Assembly (NCBI GenBank): GCA_012295275.1
Contig: CM022669.1
Span: 16,120,001-16,184,000, forward strand
Length of the DNA stretch: 64,000 nt
Direction: 5' to 3'
Source of the DNA: Chrysomallon squamiferum
Taxonomy: Eukaryota > Animalia > Mollusca
Shown: positions 40,568 to 55,808 of the stretch, one piece after another
How the letters are laid out: each line of letters begins with the position of its first letter
How positions within the stretch are numbered: position 1 is the first letter of the stretch
Notes under the pieces: generated by a model
What the model was told of the DNA's origin: nothing
Databases searched by the model: none
What the model saw: the letters and a program-made list of their open reading frames with translations, nothing else
Program-made: the position numbers and the translations under genes

Positions 40568-40959
40568 AAATAAATAAATAAAATAATTAACAAATAAAAT
40601 AAGATAAAATAGTAAATGTTACACGTTTATTTTGCTGCTTTTTTTTTTTGATATAGGAAATCTTTGTAATAATTAACTTCGGGCACTGAGAGGGATAATA
40701 CTGTATTATAAATCGGTTAGCTATAAGCAGACTGGAAACTAAGAATATCTTTTTGTAAAAAGTAGTGGAACTGTATATAATAAAAAAAATATATTTTCTC
40801 ATTTATTATTATTATTATCATCATCATCATTATCACCATTTATTTATTTATTTCAAATGCGCTTGATTTAAAATAGTTTAGTGAATAAGTCTATTCCAAT
40901 TTTAGATGATCTCTTAAAAAAAGATAAAGCTGTTAAAAACAGTTATTTTATATATTATT

Positions 40960-40990
<31 letters not shown>

Positions 40991-41584
40991 TTATATATAT
41001 ATCTTTCTTTTCGTTTTAATTTCATTAGCTTGTAAACATGCAGAAACGAATAAATATTTGTAAAATATTACAGTTACACTGATACATTGAAAATTATATT
41101 TTGAGTGTAATAAAGTTCAGTTCTATTCAGTCGGTTATTTTCCAAAGCATTGAAATAATGTTTAAACATGAGAAAAAATAAAATAAAATAGTGAAGAAAA
41201 GAATGACACAGTAAATGACTTACGTTAGTGTTGTCTTCCCTCACTCCACAGTAGTCTGGTATGTTCGTGATCAGTTTGTCTTTGAAGAGAAAGCAAACAA
41301 CATCGACAACTGAACCAAAAAAAAGAAGAGATTTTACAGTGTCCGCATCGTGGTAAAAGGACAACAATAACTGCAAAGTGAAATACAATAAGCTCTTCTC
41401 GTTTGGGTGACCGAGTCTAACCCTGCTACTACGTGACACTCTTATGTCAACTTGGAGCGGTACTGGCAAAAGAAAAAAGTTAAACATAACACCCAGTTCT
41501 AATTTCCTTGCTTGAAAAGTAAAACTGATAATGTCACGATGTCTTTTTCAGCTTGAAATTATTATTAATAATAAGAATGATAAA

Positions 41585-41616
<32 letters not shown>

Positions 41617-41951
41617 AACAAATAAAATAAGTATAATAATAGATATATATATATATATCTTTCTTTCTTTTCTTTTTAATTTTATTACCTTGTAAACATG
41701 CAGAAACGAATGAATATTTATAACATATTACAGTTACACTTTCTTTTTCAATGTCTAAAGTTCATTATAAATAATTTATAAGAAGTGGTGGTGATGAATG
41801 AAGTTGAGTATGTGTATGTGTGTGTGTGTTTCTTTTTTTAAAGTAATAATAATTATAATTATAATAGCTGCAACAATAAAAACCTTAACTGTACTCATAC
41901 AAATACAGGTGAATAAATTTCAAAAATCAAATAAAATAAAGTTGGGTCTAC

Positions 41952-42010
41952 CTTTCCGTGGTACTGCAGTTGCTGTCTGTTTTCTAGTATTTGCTTACAG
42001 GGCGTTGTAA
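41952..42010 (-). other. Homolog of the A-type start exon upstream of B2, with ACG in place of ATG (probable 5'UTR exon)
   Basis: The minus strand reads actgcagtaccACGGAAAG|gtagac, versus A4 actgcaatactATGGAAAG|gtaagt. The same ACG form lies upstream of B3 at ~50308-50315. Confidence 0.55.
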
Positions 42011-42071
42011 ACCAGGACATTCAGTTTAATTCAGAAGTAAACTTTGTACATTTAGAAAGAACTACTTGTAT

Positions 42072-42162
<91 letters not shown>

Positions 42163-42216
42163 ATGTGTTTATCCTTTATGTATATCTATTGGAATTCCTT
42201 TGTAGCAGCAGTAGAT

Positions 42217-42348
<132 letters not shown>

Positions 42349-42741
42349 TTTATCTGTTTTTAAAGTAATAATAATACTGATGATAATCATAATCATAATC
42401 ATAATGTTGACAGCAGCAACAACCACAATAATAAAACTGAGCATGACTTGAATTAACAATGTAACAAATATGTGTGGTGTATTAAGTAACATAATTACAT
42501 TACTGTTCATTTATTTATTTACAATCAAATGTGAAAATATCACCTATTTTAAGATACATCGTTATCTTGGTTGATTCATTACTATTGTAACACTTTAAAT
42601 AATCTATCTATTGACCTGTCTATCTATCTAAATATGTATATTCTTATTTTGTTACATACATAGTGTTATGCATATGTTCGTATATATTAGACTGTCGCAT
42701 CTAAATATCTAAAAAATAATAAAAATAATTTTGTATTATTA

Positions 42742-42772
<31 letters not shown>

Positions 42773-43681
42773 AAAATAGCTAATTTAACAAAGTATAACG
42801 GAGATGCCAGTATACTATTTAATACTGTATTCAGGGCAGTTAAAATTTTATGTAATATCCAACACAGTAACGCAGGAACACAAGCTGTTACCTTTATTAT
42901 AATTTCTTTTATATGATTGGGTTTGTTTGTTTGTTTTTTAGTAAATAAAATGTAGATCATAAAATACAAGACAAATAAATAAGCAATTTAATAAATAAAT
43001 AAATAATACATTTTAAAAAACTGCATTCAGATGTTATCGGTAAGTCATCACAGGTAAGTGTTTGTATGAAAATGGATTGCCAAGAACCAGAAAACATTTA
43101 TTTATGTATTTATTTATTTAGTTAGTTAGTTAGTTATTTGGAATATATCGTCCATCACTCTTTTGAACATCTTCAGGGCTTGAAAAAGTACCACTATTAC
43201 ATAAGCAAAAAAGAGTTCTAATACTATTACCACCACTACTAAATCTGGAGCTATTACTGACAATATATTAAATATTACTGCTATTGCTGGAACTACTAGT
43301 ACATCTCTAGCTTCTAGTACTGTTATTTCTGCTATTACTATTTCTACTACTTTTATTAATTGTGATGTTACTTTCCTAGCTACTGTTATTACCAATATTG
43401 CTACTACTACAGTAACTGACACTAATACTGCTATAAACCTATATCTGTTACTTCTACTGCTATTACTATGGCTAAGACTACTAATATTTCCACTATTATT
43501 ACTAAATGATTATTGCTATCACTACAACTCGTATTTTTACTAGTACTACTACTGCCTATATTAACATTACTGTTATAGATACCACTATTCCTACTAGTGA
43601 CATTAAATATTTCTTCTCCTTCCTCTTCTTTCTCTTCTTGTTCTAAAACTATTTTATTATTGTTATTGCTGTCACTAGTGT

Positions 43682-43728
<47 letters not shown>

Positions 43729-44863
43729 CACACACAAACATTCATACATACTTCTGCGTACTCTTTCTCCCTTGATTTCCGTAGCTGTGTCCATCAGTGT
43801 GTCTTTGTCTGTCTGTCTGATTTGTGTATACAACACCATCTTTAATATTTACTTACAGTGAAACCTCGGTTATCCGAACATTAATTTGGTAATATTTCAA
43901 CACGATTTCAAGATTTCGCGAATATTTAAGTAGCGATGATGTGTATAATATAACACACGAGAATAATACCTATGCTGCCAGGTTGTCGTTTTGTTTGTAA
44001 TTATCACGAAGTAAGTTCGAGTTATTCAGAAAACACATAAACCAATTACATCAAACTCATATTGCTCGACACTGGTGCTGTTGTATGTATATATCTTTAC
44101 AGTGTTGATGGTTATTATAAATGCATCGTTAAGTTATAAATGCATTGTAAATATCCTGATCCATTGAAAATTATGGTCTGAGTGTAATAATGGTCAGTTC
44201 TATTCAGTCGGTTATTTTCAAAAACATTGAAATAATGTTTAAAACATGAGAAAAAATAAAATAAAAATAGTGAAGAAAAGAATGACACAGTAAATGACTT
44301 ACGTTGGTGTTGTCTTCACTCACTCTACTCGTTGTCTCGTATGTTCGTGACCAGTTTCTCTTTAAAGTGAAAGGAAACAACATCGACAACTGAACAGCTA
44401 AGCGAGATTTTACAGTGTCCGCATCGTGATAAAAGGACAACAATAACTGCAAAGTGAAATACAATAAGCTCTTCTCGTTTGGGTGACCGAGTCTAACCCT
44501 GATACTACGTGACACTCTAATGTCAACTTGGAGCGGTAGTGACAAAAAAAAAAAGTTAAACATAACACTCAGTTCTAATTTCCTTGCTTGAAAAGTAAAA
44601 CTGATAATGTCACTATTTTTCAGAGTCTAAAATTAATAATAAATAAACAAAAAAAAAAATAAAATAAGATAAAATAATAAATGCTACATGTTTATTTTAT
44701 ATGCGGTTTTTTTGACACAGGAAATCTTTGTAATAATTAACTTAGGGCACTGAGACGGATGACACTGTATTATAAATAGGTTAGCTATAAGCAGACTGGA
44801 AACTCAGAATATCTTTTTGTAAAAAGTAGTGGAACTGCAATAATAGAAAATATGTATTTTCTC

Positions 44864-44920
<57 letters not shown>

Positions 44921-44924
44921 CATT

Positions 44925-44968
<44 letters not shown>

Positions 44969-45197
44969 TTTCAAATGTGCTTTATCTAAAATATTTTACT
45001 GAATATGTCCATTCCAAATTTATATGATCATTTGTAAAGTATTTGTGGATTTGAGCATATTTTTTTACTGGATTTATTAACTGGAAATGGCTCTTAATAC
45101 GAATTTATGAATACTGATGTTAAAACATGTTTGGCGGTATTGAATACGGTGCAGAGATTAAGATAGTTGTTAAAATGTTTTTTTTATTATTATACAT

Positions 45198-45231
<34 letters not shown>

Positions 45232-45432
45232 CAACCATTTTATTAGCTTGCAGAAAAGAATTAATATTTATTAAATATTTACAGTCACACTATTTTTTTT
45301 CAACGTCTAAAGCTGATTACAAATAATTTATAGGAATTTGTGGTGACAACTAAAATTGTGTATGTGCATCTGTGCGTGTGTGTGTGTGTTGTTTTATGTT
45401 TATTTTACTGGTGCAATATGTCTATGATTATG

Positions 45433-45476
<44 letters not shown>

Positions 45477-45594
45477 CATTATTATTATTATTATTATTAT
45501 TATAGACCGCCAGAAACTACTACTAGTATTGGCTTTCTCTCTGTCTCTCTCTCTCTGACTCTCTGTCTCTCTCCTTGTCTCTCTCTCTATATAA

Positions 45595-45635
<41 letters not shown>

Positions 45636-47122
45636 TCCACATACACCCCACACATACACACACACACGTAATGTACATGATGAAATTAATTCAATCATAA
45701 TGTGAAAAATGCGAGATCCTGTTATTTGCATTAATGCTATGATGCATTTAACTACGTCTCACATTCTTTTAACACAAAGACTAAAATTCCAGTAGCTTAA
45801 GAAGAAAAACTGGAATGCAGTCCACAGCAGGTAAACTAGATAAATTATTAACTCGTCAAAAGCTTCAAATAATAGACTGTTTAAAAATACTGTTCATCTT
45901 AATAAAAAAAAAATAGTAGAAAGGCATATTATTGTTTGGCAGGCAAGGTCGTTGTCAAAATCCGTCACGATCTACCACCCCGTTCCTACAAAAATATGAC
46001 TTTAGTGAGTAAACATCTTAACTTATGTAATATGCATGAACATTAAATACTGTTTTTTTTTCTTCATATGCATAAAATAACTCAGTGATTATCACTGAAA
46101 GTGTATGCAAGTCTCATTTAAACGAAAAGCGCACTGACGCGTTTTAAATGAAAACTATTTTAATTTCATTAGACATCGAATATCAAAAAAAAAGAAACGA
46201 TGGAATAGGCACATTTGTATTTTATGTTGTCTGTGTGCGTGTGTATGTCTAGATGTCTGTGTGTGTGTGTGTGTGTGTGTGAGTGCGCACAAATATATTA
46301 TATAGATTATTTATCATTAAAAACCAGTCATTTGAATGACGCCAATATACATCAACGCTTTCAACAGAATTTTACGAATTACATTTTAGTTAGTTTCTGT
46401 TTAGTTTCAAACTAAAACATGTAGAAGCTTTCTATGATCTAGTGACCTACAACGTTATACACTTTCATGTATGATTGTCCAGCTTACCAGTTACAGTCAG
46501 CTGTGAACAATCCATTCACAAAAAAATCTTTGTAATTTCATAATTTTTTTTCTTTTTGTTATTCTTTATAAAGAAAATGAAGTTATATTTTGATCAGTCA
46601 AACATTGGTTGAATTCCAAATACCATTAATTCTATCAGATGGATGTGAAAGAACGTGTACTGAGTTTTTCTTCGCACGATCAGACAAAGATTCAAAAAGT
46701 ACACCAGTCCGTGATACAGGTATTTTTTATATAATCATTGTTGAGTTTATGTATGTATGTGTACCTGTACATGTATGTGTATGTGTTTACATCTGTGTGT
46801 GTATATTTGTATGTATATATGTATGTGTGTGTGTATGTATGTATGTATGTATGTATATATGTATGTATGTGTGTGTGTATGTATGTATGTATGTATGTAT
46901 ATATGTATGTATGTATGTATTTATGTATGTATCTATGTGTGTATGTATGTATCTGAGTATGTATAAATAACTACTATAATTATTTTTATGTTATTACTCT
47001 AGTACTACTACTACGACCATTACTAGTGTCATTACAACCATTACTACTACTGCTGCTGTTCATTCACAATACTAAATGTAATAGAATCAGTCTGCTTTAA
47101 ACAACACATTGTAAATGCTGCT

Positions 47123-48265
47123 TCAACTTAAATCTTTTGGAGGAAAACATTTATTAACAAAATACCAAGAATGGATGTCCGGATACACTTTCTCTTTTAC
47201 AACGGGATTATGAAGTTTCTTGCACAGTTCACAGATTCCAACGTGTCTTTTTCCAGACGTATAGTACTTTTTCCATTCCAAAAACTCGACATAGGCTGTG
47301 TCATTCTTGTTTAAATAAAGAAGATATTCAGCTAAATGTTTGGGACTTTTAAAATCTGCTGTATTGATGTATGACTTTGGTGGCAGAAATTTTGTATAAT
47401 TCGCTCCACCTCTTACTACTAACACAATATCAAGCTGCATATACTGGAATGATTTTTCTGTAACGTAATCGTAACAGAAACTGTTTTCAAACGCCAAATA
47501 AAACTTATAATCCCTCGTGAGCAGTAAATTGCAATTGTCTTTAGTATTATCGCATTTTTTATGACCGCATTTTCCATAAATGTCCACAGAAATAAACTTC
47601 TTCAACTCACGTACATATTCCTCACGTCGACTTGGAGTTTTGCAGTTACTAACAAACCATGCAGCCAGCTTCGTTTTGTGCTTTGCAACATCTGAAAAAT
47701 CTAAACTTACAGGAGTCTTTCTTCTGTTTATACTTCCATACGGATAAGGAACATCAGCATCTAATCTGTACGTCATAGTCCAGTTGAATTTTTCTCTCCA
47801 TTCCTTGTTTTTAAATTGTTTACCCCACGTATACTGAGGAGATTCAATGGTGAAAAAAATCCAGATTTGACCGGGAATCTTTAGAGGAGGTAATTCGTGT
47901 CTGTATGCCACGGCGTAGAATATAACAGCATCATAACCAGTTAGATTCCTTCCCGTCTTCTCTAGAGAGCAATTACCTGGGCATGATTCTAATTCCGTGA
48001 TAGCTGCCTGAAACCACGACCAATCCGGATTGTTTTTCAGAAAAATACGTTTTCTAACCGCAGTATTATTAGTATCTTTGTCAGGAGGCTTTGTGGTAAT
48101 ATTTTTAACGTTTTCTCGATGGCTGAAGATGAGTGGCGAATGATTGTATTGCAGATGGGTCTTCAAAACAGACATCAAATTATTTGGTACGTAATTTAGT
48201 GATGACATGAGATAAAAGCCAATCAAGAGAGAAATCGCTGATATAATTCCACAAACTTTCTTCAT
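47123..48265 (-). CDS. Alpha-1,3-fucosyltransferase (GT10) copy B3, 380 aa
   Basis: Complete ORF with TM and GT10 motifs. The acceptor lies 19 nt upstream of the ATG (48285-48292). Confidence 0.95.
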   Translation of the reverse strand: MKKVCGIISAISLLIGFYLMSSLNYVPNNLMSVLKTHLQYNHSPLIFSHRENVKNITTKPPDKDTNNTAVRKRIFLKNNPDWSWFQAAITELESCPGNCSLEKTGRNLTGYDAVIFYAVAYRHELPPLKIPGQIWIFFTIESPQYTWGKQFKNKEWREKFNWTMTYRLDADVPYPYGSINRRKTPVSLDFSDVAKHKTKLAAWFVSNCKTPSRREEYVRELKKFISVDIYGKCGHKKCDNTKDNCNLLLTRDYKFYLAFENSFCYDYVTEKSFQYMQLDIVLVVRGGANYTKFLPPKSYINTADFKSPKHLAEYLLYLNKNDTAYVEFLEWKKYYTSGKRHVGICELCKKLHNPVVKEKVYPDIHSWYFVNKCFPPKDLS

Positions 48266-48509
48266 TTTCTTCAGATGGTAACTTCTGAAAAATATATGTA
48301 TTGAAATTTAATTATGACAGTTCTTTTTTTTTTTTCTTTCTTTTTTTTTCACACTATTATTATTATTATTGTTGCTTCCTTTTCTGCTATGTTTCATAAG
48401 AGAGACTTATTTCCAAAACCAAATTATTACAGACAATTATTAGCGTGCGAGGAAATACTTAATAAGTACGAACTAAAAGGCTGTGTGTGTGTGTGTGTGA
48501 GTGCGCGCG

Positions 48510-48540
<31 letters not shown>

Positions 48541-50418
48541 ACACTTTGGCATCAGATGAGGGTATTGGTGGAATGATGTCTGGAGTTTTTTTGTTTTCTT
48601 TGTTTTCTTGCTGGTTCTGTTTTGTTTTAATTATTTTTAACTTTTACCATCATATTTCTTCTATGTTACAGATTTTCACTAAAATTCGGGTCTGCTCGAT
48701 ATTCTCTTATTTTATGTCTGCCTTTCTGTTCCTCTGTAGCAGTAATTGTTGGAATAATAATAATAAATGATTATGTTGACAACAACAACAACAGCAAATA
48801 TAAAAACTACAATAATAAAACTGAGCTCGACTTAAATTAACAACGTGTATTATGTATATTTGGTGTATTATGTAACATAATTATATTAGTGTTTATTTAT
48901 TTAATTACTACGAAATGTAAAAATGGGACCTATCTTAAGATATATGGTTATCTTGGTTGATTCAATACTGTTGTAACACTTTAAATCATCTATCTATCTA
49001 TCTATCTATCTAAATGTATATATTCTTATTTTCTTATATATATATAAAATGACTTACGTTAGTGAGATTTTACAGTGTCCGCTTCGTGGTAAAAAGACAA
49101 AAATTACATCAGTGAACAATTAAACGAGACACTTAATATACAGCTCCATATAAATGTGTCAGATAAACAAATCAAAACACGATTTTTATCCGTAAAATAT
49201 GATTACGTTTTACGAATAAATGAAATGAAAGGCTTGTATTTATGCTCTTTAAATATGGTTATGTGCTGTATGACGTCCATGTTGTTATGATTGTGACAGT
49301 TGTGCTAAAAATAACCATCAGAACGATTTATAACTTGCCTCTTTTATTCGGGTGGTCGACGTCTAACTGTGAACACTTTGTGTCAGCTTGGTTCGATAGT
49401 AATAAACGAAAATAAACACAACTCCGAGTTGGATACCATTGATAATGTCATGAATTATTTTTCAGACTCTGAAATTAATAATAGTAATGAATAAATAAAT
49501 AAATAAATGAATAAATAAATAAATAAATCAAATAATTAACAAATAAAATAAGATAAAATACTAAATGTTACACGTTTATTTTGCGTTTTTTGATATAGAA
49601 ATCTTAGTAATAATTATATTCGGGCACTGAGACAGGATGATACTGTATTATAAATAGGTTAGCTATAAGCAGACTGGAAACTAAGAATATCGTTTTGTAA
49701 AAAGTAGTGGAACTGTATATAATAAAAAACAAAAATTGCTCATTTATTATTATTATTATGATCATCATCATCATTTATTTTTTATTTCAAAAGCCTTGAT
49801 TTAAAATATTTTAGTGAAAAATCCTATTCCAATTTTAGATGATGTCTTGAAAAAAGATAAGTTTGTTAAAAACTGTTTTATATATATATATATAATATCT
49901 TTCTCTTTTTTTTTTTAAATTTCATTAGCTTGTAAATATACAGAAAAGAATGAATATTTATAAAATATTACAGTTACATTTGTCAACTTCTAAAGTTGAT
50001 TATAAATAATTTATAAGAAGTGGTGGTGATGATTGAAGGTGTGTATGTGTATGTGTGTGTGCCTTTTTTGTGTGTGTGTGTGTGTTTTATATTTGTTTTA
50101 CTAATGCATTATTATTATGATTATTATTATTATTATTATAGACCGGTTTCGTCCCAGAAAGAATGGACAGAAGCCTTATTCTATTTTATTTTTTTTAAAT
50201 AATAATAATGATAATTATAATAGCTGCAACAATAAAAAACACAACTGTACTCATACCCATACAAGTGAATACATTTTAAAAATGAAATAAAATAAAGTTG
50301 GGTCTACCTTTCCGTGGTGCTGCAGTGGCTTTCTGTTTTCTAGTATTTACTTACAGGGCGTTGTAAACCAGTTTAATTCAGAAGTAAACTTTGCACATTT
50401 AGAAAGAACTACTTGTAT

Positions 50419-50501
<83 letters not shown>

Positions 50502-50513
50502 GTCTGTCTGTCT

Positions 50514-50564
<51 letters not shown>

Positions 50565-51051
50565 ACTCTTTCTCTCTCTCACTCTCACACACACATACAT
50601 ACAAAATAAGATAATCATTATCTTCGTTTATTCAAAACTATTGTAACACTTTAAATAATCTATCTATTGACCTGTCTATCTATCTAAATATGTACATTCT
50701 TATTTTGTTACATATACAGTGTTTTGAATATGTTCGTATATATTAGACTGTCGCATATAATTTATCTAACAATAATAATAAAATGTAGATCATAAAACAG
50801 AAAAAAACATATACAAGATAAATAAATAAGCAATTTAATAAATAAATAAATACATTTTTTTTTAAATCTCCATTCAGATGTTATCGGTAAGTCATCACAG
50901 GTAGGGGTTTTGTTTGAATATGGAAATGGCTCTTAAGACGAATGTCCGTAAAACACAGATTTATGAATACTGATGTTAAAACATGTTTGGCGGTATTGAA
51001 TACGGTGCATAGATTAAGATAGCTGTTAAAATGTTTTTTTATTATTGTATG

Positions 51052-51084
<33 letters not shown>

Positions 51085-51307
51085 CAATTTCAACCATTTT
51101 ATTAGCTTGCAGAAAAGAATTAATATTTATTAAATATTTACAGTCACACTATTTTTTTTACACTTCTAAAGTTGATTACAAATACTTTATAAGAATTTGT
51201 GGTCATGACAAAAATTGTGTATTGCATGAGTGCGTGTCTGTGTGTGTGTGTGTCTGTTTGATGTTTATTTTACTGGTACAATATGTCTATGATTATGATT
51301 ATTATTA

Positions 51308-51361
<54 letters not shown>

Positions 51362-51388
51362 TAGACCGCCAGAAACTACTACTAGTAT

Positions 51389-51485
<97 letters not shown>

Positions 51486-52100
51486 GTCTCTCCTTGTCTC
51501 TCTATCTCTTTCTTTCTATCTCTCTGTGTCTGTCATTCTGTATATCTTTATGCGTATCTTGAAAGAATTATTTCCGTCTGTCTGTCTGTCTCTCTGTCTG
51601 TCTGCCTTTTAATCAGTTTATCTGCCTGTCTATCTGTATATGTATATGTTTCTCTGTCTATTTATCTGTCGATATATCTGTCTGTTTGACTGTACACAGA
51701 AAACGTACTTGAGTATATATCTAGTAGCATTTCATACCGTAGACATTATCTATCTACGTAAATTATAAAGACTTAATTAAAACCTATTATAAGTATAATT
51801 GTTGTGATATTGTTCATCGATATCTATTTTTTTATATATCTGTAGTTACGATTATTTAGGTACTGATCGATATCCTTTTCATATTCATTCTATTGTTCCG
51901 TGTGTGTTTTTGTATTTATTTAATTGAAATTTTATTAAAGGTAAAAATAAAACGCCTGCTAGAATGGTAGACGTCTAACCGATTGCTAACAGCCATGTCG
52001 TGAAGTGCTGTTGACAAGTTAGAGCAGGTTGCCCAACCAGCGGCCACAACGTCTTGTTTGAAACGTAACGAGGCTGCGTGTCAGTGTAAACACTTATACA

Positions 52101-53881
52101 GGCTTAGTCCCATCTGGTAGAATTCCCATTTCGTAGAAAGGCTAAATGTGGTTCAGTGGTCTTATTGACATGTTTGGTTTTAGCTCAGTCATTTTAATGA
52201 ACTGCACCAGATTATTTGGAAAGCGATTATTATTGTACAAATACAGTAATATCTCGCTTAACGATACCACGCTTTAACAATCTTTCTTCTTTACAAATTA
52301 TATAAATAGAAATTTAATTTAATAGTTAATTGCTCGAAATAAATGATACAAATGTATACAATGCATGTTTTTAAGTCCTTTTTCTTTAATTTTTCGTTCA
52401 TTCACGAGCTTCTCTCAGCTGTGTTGATCAGTTGACACGTCACACGTGCATCTGATATTCTGATTCTCTTTTGTCTTCTGCTTCGATTTAGACTTAAACT
52501 CGTTTGTAATTTACCCCTCCAATATGTCAAAACGAATAACAGTATACCGGCAAATGCTGATGATAAAAGAAACGGAAGACAATAACTTTAGAAACAAAAT
52601 ACATTATCTTAAATGAAACCAAACCCACAGTGAGCGGCATATAATTATTTCTTAATGTATTTGTATAAATTGATTTGTAAATGATTTACTGTTTATTTAA
52701 TATCTACAATCTATTAAATCATTTATGTCTAAACTGCCATTTTATTTCTCCTTATTTCACCTCTTTTTTTTATGTCAGATCTCATCAGCGAGAAAGTAAC
52801 CACTGCTTTTAACCTTAATTCTATGTAAATTAGTCTCCCGCTTACCTCACTTAACTATCGGAAGTTTTGGAACCAATTACGTCTTTAATCTGAGGTATTA
52901 TTATAGTATGGATATCGCTTATCGTATGAAGTATGCAAATATGACAAATATCGAAATAATCTATGTATCGAATATAGTGAATGTAAATAATTAAAAAAGA
53001 AGGTATTTATCTAAAAGTATTCCCAATGATTTGGTCCTTCGTATAAACTTTTTCAGTCATAGCCAGAGTATTTGCAGGTCATAATATCTTTAGTGTACAC
53101 ACTATTAATATACTATGCCACATATATTGTATAATATGTGCACAATCTGAATATGTATGTGTGCATAATGTAAATATGATCAGTAACAGATATCTTGTAC
53201 ATGTTTAAGCTGAATACGGTTGAATTCGAAAAGTTAATGATAAATGTAACATTCAAATATTCTATTTACTGAATATAAGTAAATTACTGAATTAGTTATT
53301 TATAATATTTTTGTCGTATTCTCTTACAGAAGCAAGCCGTTTTTCTTTTCTTTCATTCTTTTTTCGTTTTATTTTTTAATAGATAGATGAAACTGACGTA
53401 AAATTGTTTATTATTGGTTGCTTGTTTTGTAACGGAAATGAAATGTTTATGAATTAGAAATGACCAGTTTAAAAAAAAAAAAATAAATAAAAAAATAAAT
53501 AAATAATAATAATAATAGTAACAGTAATTATAATAAGAAGAATAAGAAGAATAAGAATAATAATAATAATAACAACAATAATAGTAATAATATTATAATA
53601 ATAATAATGTTGATGATGATAATTATGATGATAATAATGAGAAGGAGGAAGATGATGAAATAATGAAAAAGTAACAAATCAACAACAAATAAGTTGTGTT
53701 GCTTATTCTGCTTTCGGTTGATGTTACATAATCGATTTAGGAACAATGCGCTCCCCCTCTGAATGTTAGAAAGAAACCAGATGTATGCACAGGCCAAGTT
53801 CATTATATACAGAGATAATCAGGTATTGCGGTAGATCATCTTTTTCTACGAAATGGGAATTATACCAAATGGGAAGACACC
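52101..53881. mobile_element. Non-autonomous TIR DNA transposon, Mutator/MULE-like, ~1.78 kb
   Basis: The left end GGCTTAGTCCCATCTGGTAGAATTCCCATTTCGTAGAAA matches the right-end reverse complement GGTGTCTTCCCATTTGGTATAATTCCCATTTCGTAGAAA. There is a perfect 8-bp TSD CTTATACA (52093-52100 and 53882-53889), and the empty site is seen in the paralog near 24650. The superfamily call is an inference. Confidence 0.8.
52244..52903 (+). mobile_element. Internally deleted Tigger-like element nested in the MULE-like element
   Basis: Starts with TA-CAGTAATATCTCGCTTAAC and has a degenerate inverted end ttaatctgaggtattatta-TA. An internal KKRKTITLETKYIILNE (~52567-52617) resembles a CENP-B HTH start. Confidence 0.55.
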
Positions 53882-54139
53882 CTTATACAACACGAGTTTC
53901 CTATGACTATCAGATGCCGTATGCAACAAGGCGTCCAGCATTCATTTTTAGATCCCACAGTTTTAAAGTTGTTATTTAATAAAAGTAATAAATAATATTA
54001 ATAACTGTTTTATTTTGTGTTTAATCATATAGACAGACACAACAAAAACAACATACAAACACATACAGCGCGCTACATACAGACACACACAATAAATAAA
54101 CACAGCGAGCACGCTCACACATGTATACAAAGAAAACGT

Positions 54140-54420
54140 TACATCACTTTTCTGCTGTTTTTCTCGTTTCCTTTTAACATTTCATCACCTTGTAAAGCAG
54201 TATTAGACGTTGTTAAAAGCAGTACTGGTAATCATTGTGCTAATAATAACCGATGTGTATAACAATATTGTTTCTCGATGCTGAAAAGTGTCTCCTTAAG
54301 AGAGTCTCCTCCCTCGGTAGGAGCCCGTCCTCCTTCCAGTTTGATTTCCTGTCTTGCGTGGGAGTTTCTCGGGTCAGGGTTCTGTGACGTCATTGTGTCA
54401 ATACAAGTAACTCGAACCCC
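54140..54420. promoter_or_regulatory. Second copy of the conserved intergenic block between B3 and A5
   Basis: Inverted homolog of 24110-24400, with a perfect CRE palindrome TGACGTCA at 54385-54392 and an ETS-like ATTTCCTG. Confidence 0.35.
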
Positions 54421-54807
54421 TTGAAGTGTTTATCTTTTAAATCGCAAAGAGTTTACTCTGAAAAATGTAACATAAAACGGAAATGAGTAATGCGTTCGCG
54501 CCAGATCAGTGAAAGAGACTAATGATTTTAAAAGAGTACTAGCATTAGCAAAGCAAAACAAAACTTAACTTAGGAGAAAAAAAACAACAACAACAGTGAT
54601 AAAAGATAACACTGCTCACACGGTAAAGCAGAATCTGTAAAATCATTAGTGAATATTACATCCAAGAACATTACAATTCAGTAGACATTCGTCATTGATC
54701 ACATTCGTCATTTAAACATGTTGACATTGATCGATGAGACAACATTGTGTGCAAAATATTTATTATTATTATCATTATTATTACTGATATTATTATTATT
54801 ATTATTA

Positions 54808-54844
<37 letters not shown>

Positions 54845-55241
54845 ACAACACTATCTACCAACCAGTTGCTATCAAAATATGCCTTTAGTAAGTAAACATG
54901 TTAACTTATGTGAATACTTTTTCTTCTTTTCTTTTTTTTGTATTCATATGAATAAAATAACTGAGTGATTATCATTGAAAATGTATGCAAGTCTCATTTA
55001 AATGAAAGGTGCACTGATGCGTTTTATTAGAAAAAGTAATAGGTACAAAGAGAGATCGGTCACAATAGTGCCCTGTCGCGTTGATCACCATTGATCTGGA
55101 GACGTGTTTTCCCAGGTGTAAATATCGAGCGGGCGCTGCGAGGTGAAATAGGGTGGCAACTTTTCACTGCTCGCTCATCTCACAGATTCGGGCGCAAAAG
55201 GCGTGGATAATGTGGTCCAGGTAAGAACAAACCTTTACTTG

Positions 55242-55808
<567 letters not shown>

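Noticed and set aside
43126-43745. V/I/S/N-rich ORFs (also 21097-21432 and 61394-61720)
   Set aside because: Degenerate (TAC/TAG)n low-complexity repeat within duplicated upstream blocks; frames are not preserved between copies.
51045-51689. 214-aa ORF and other poly-I/Y/L/SL/CV/HT ORFs across the window
   Set aside because: Composed of microsatellites, with no domain-like sequence.
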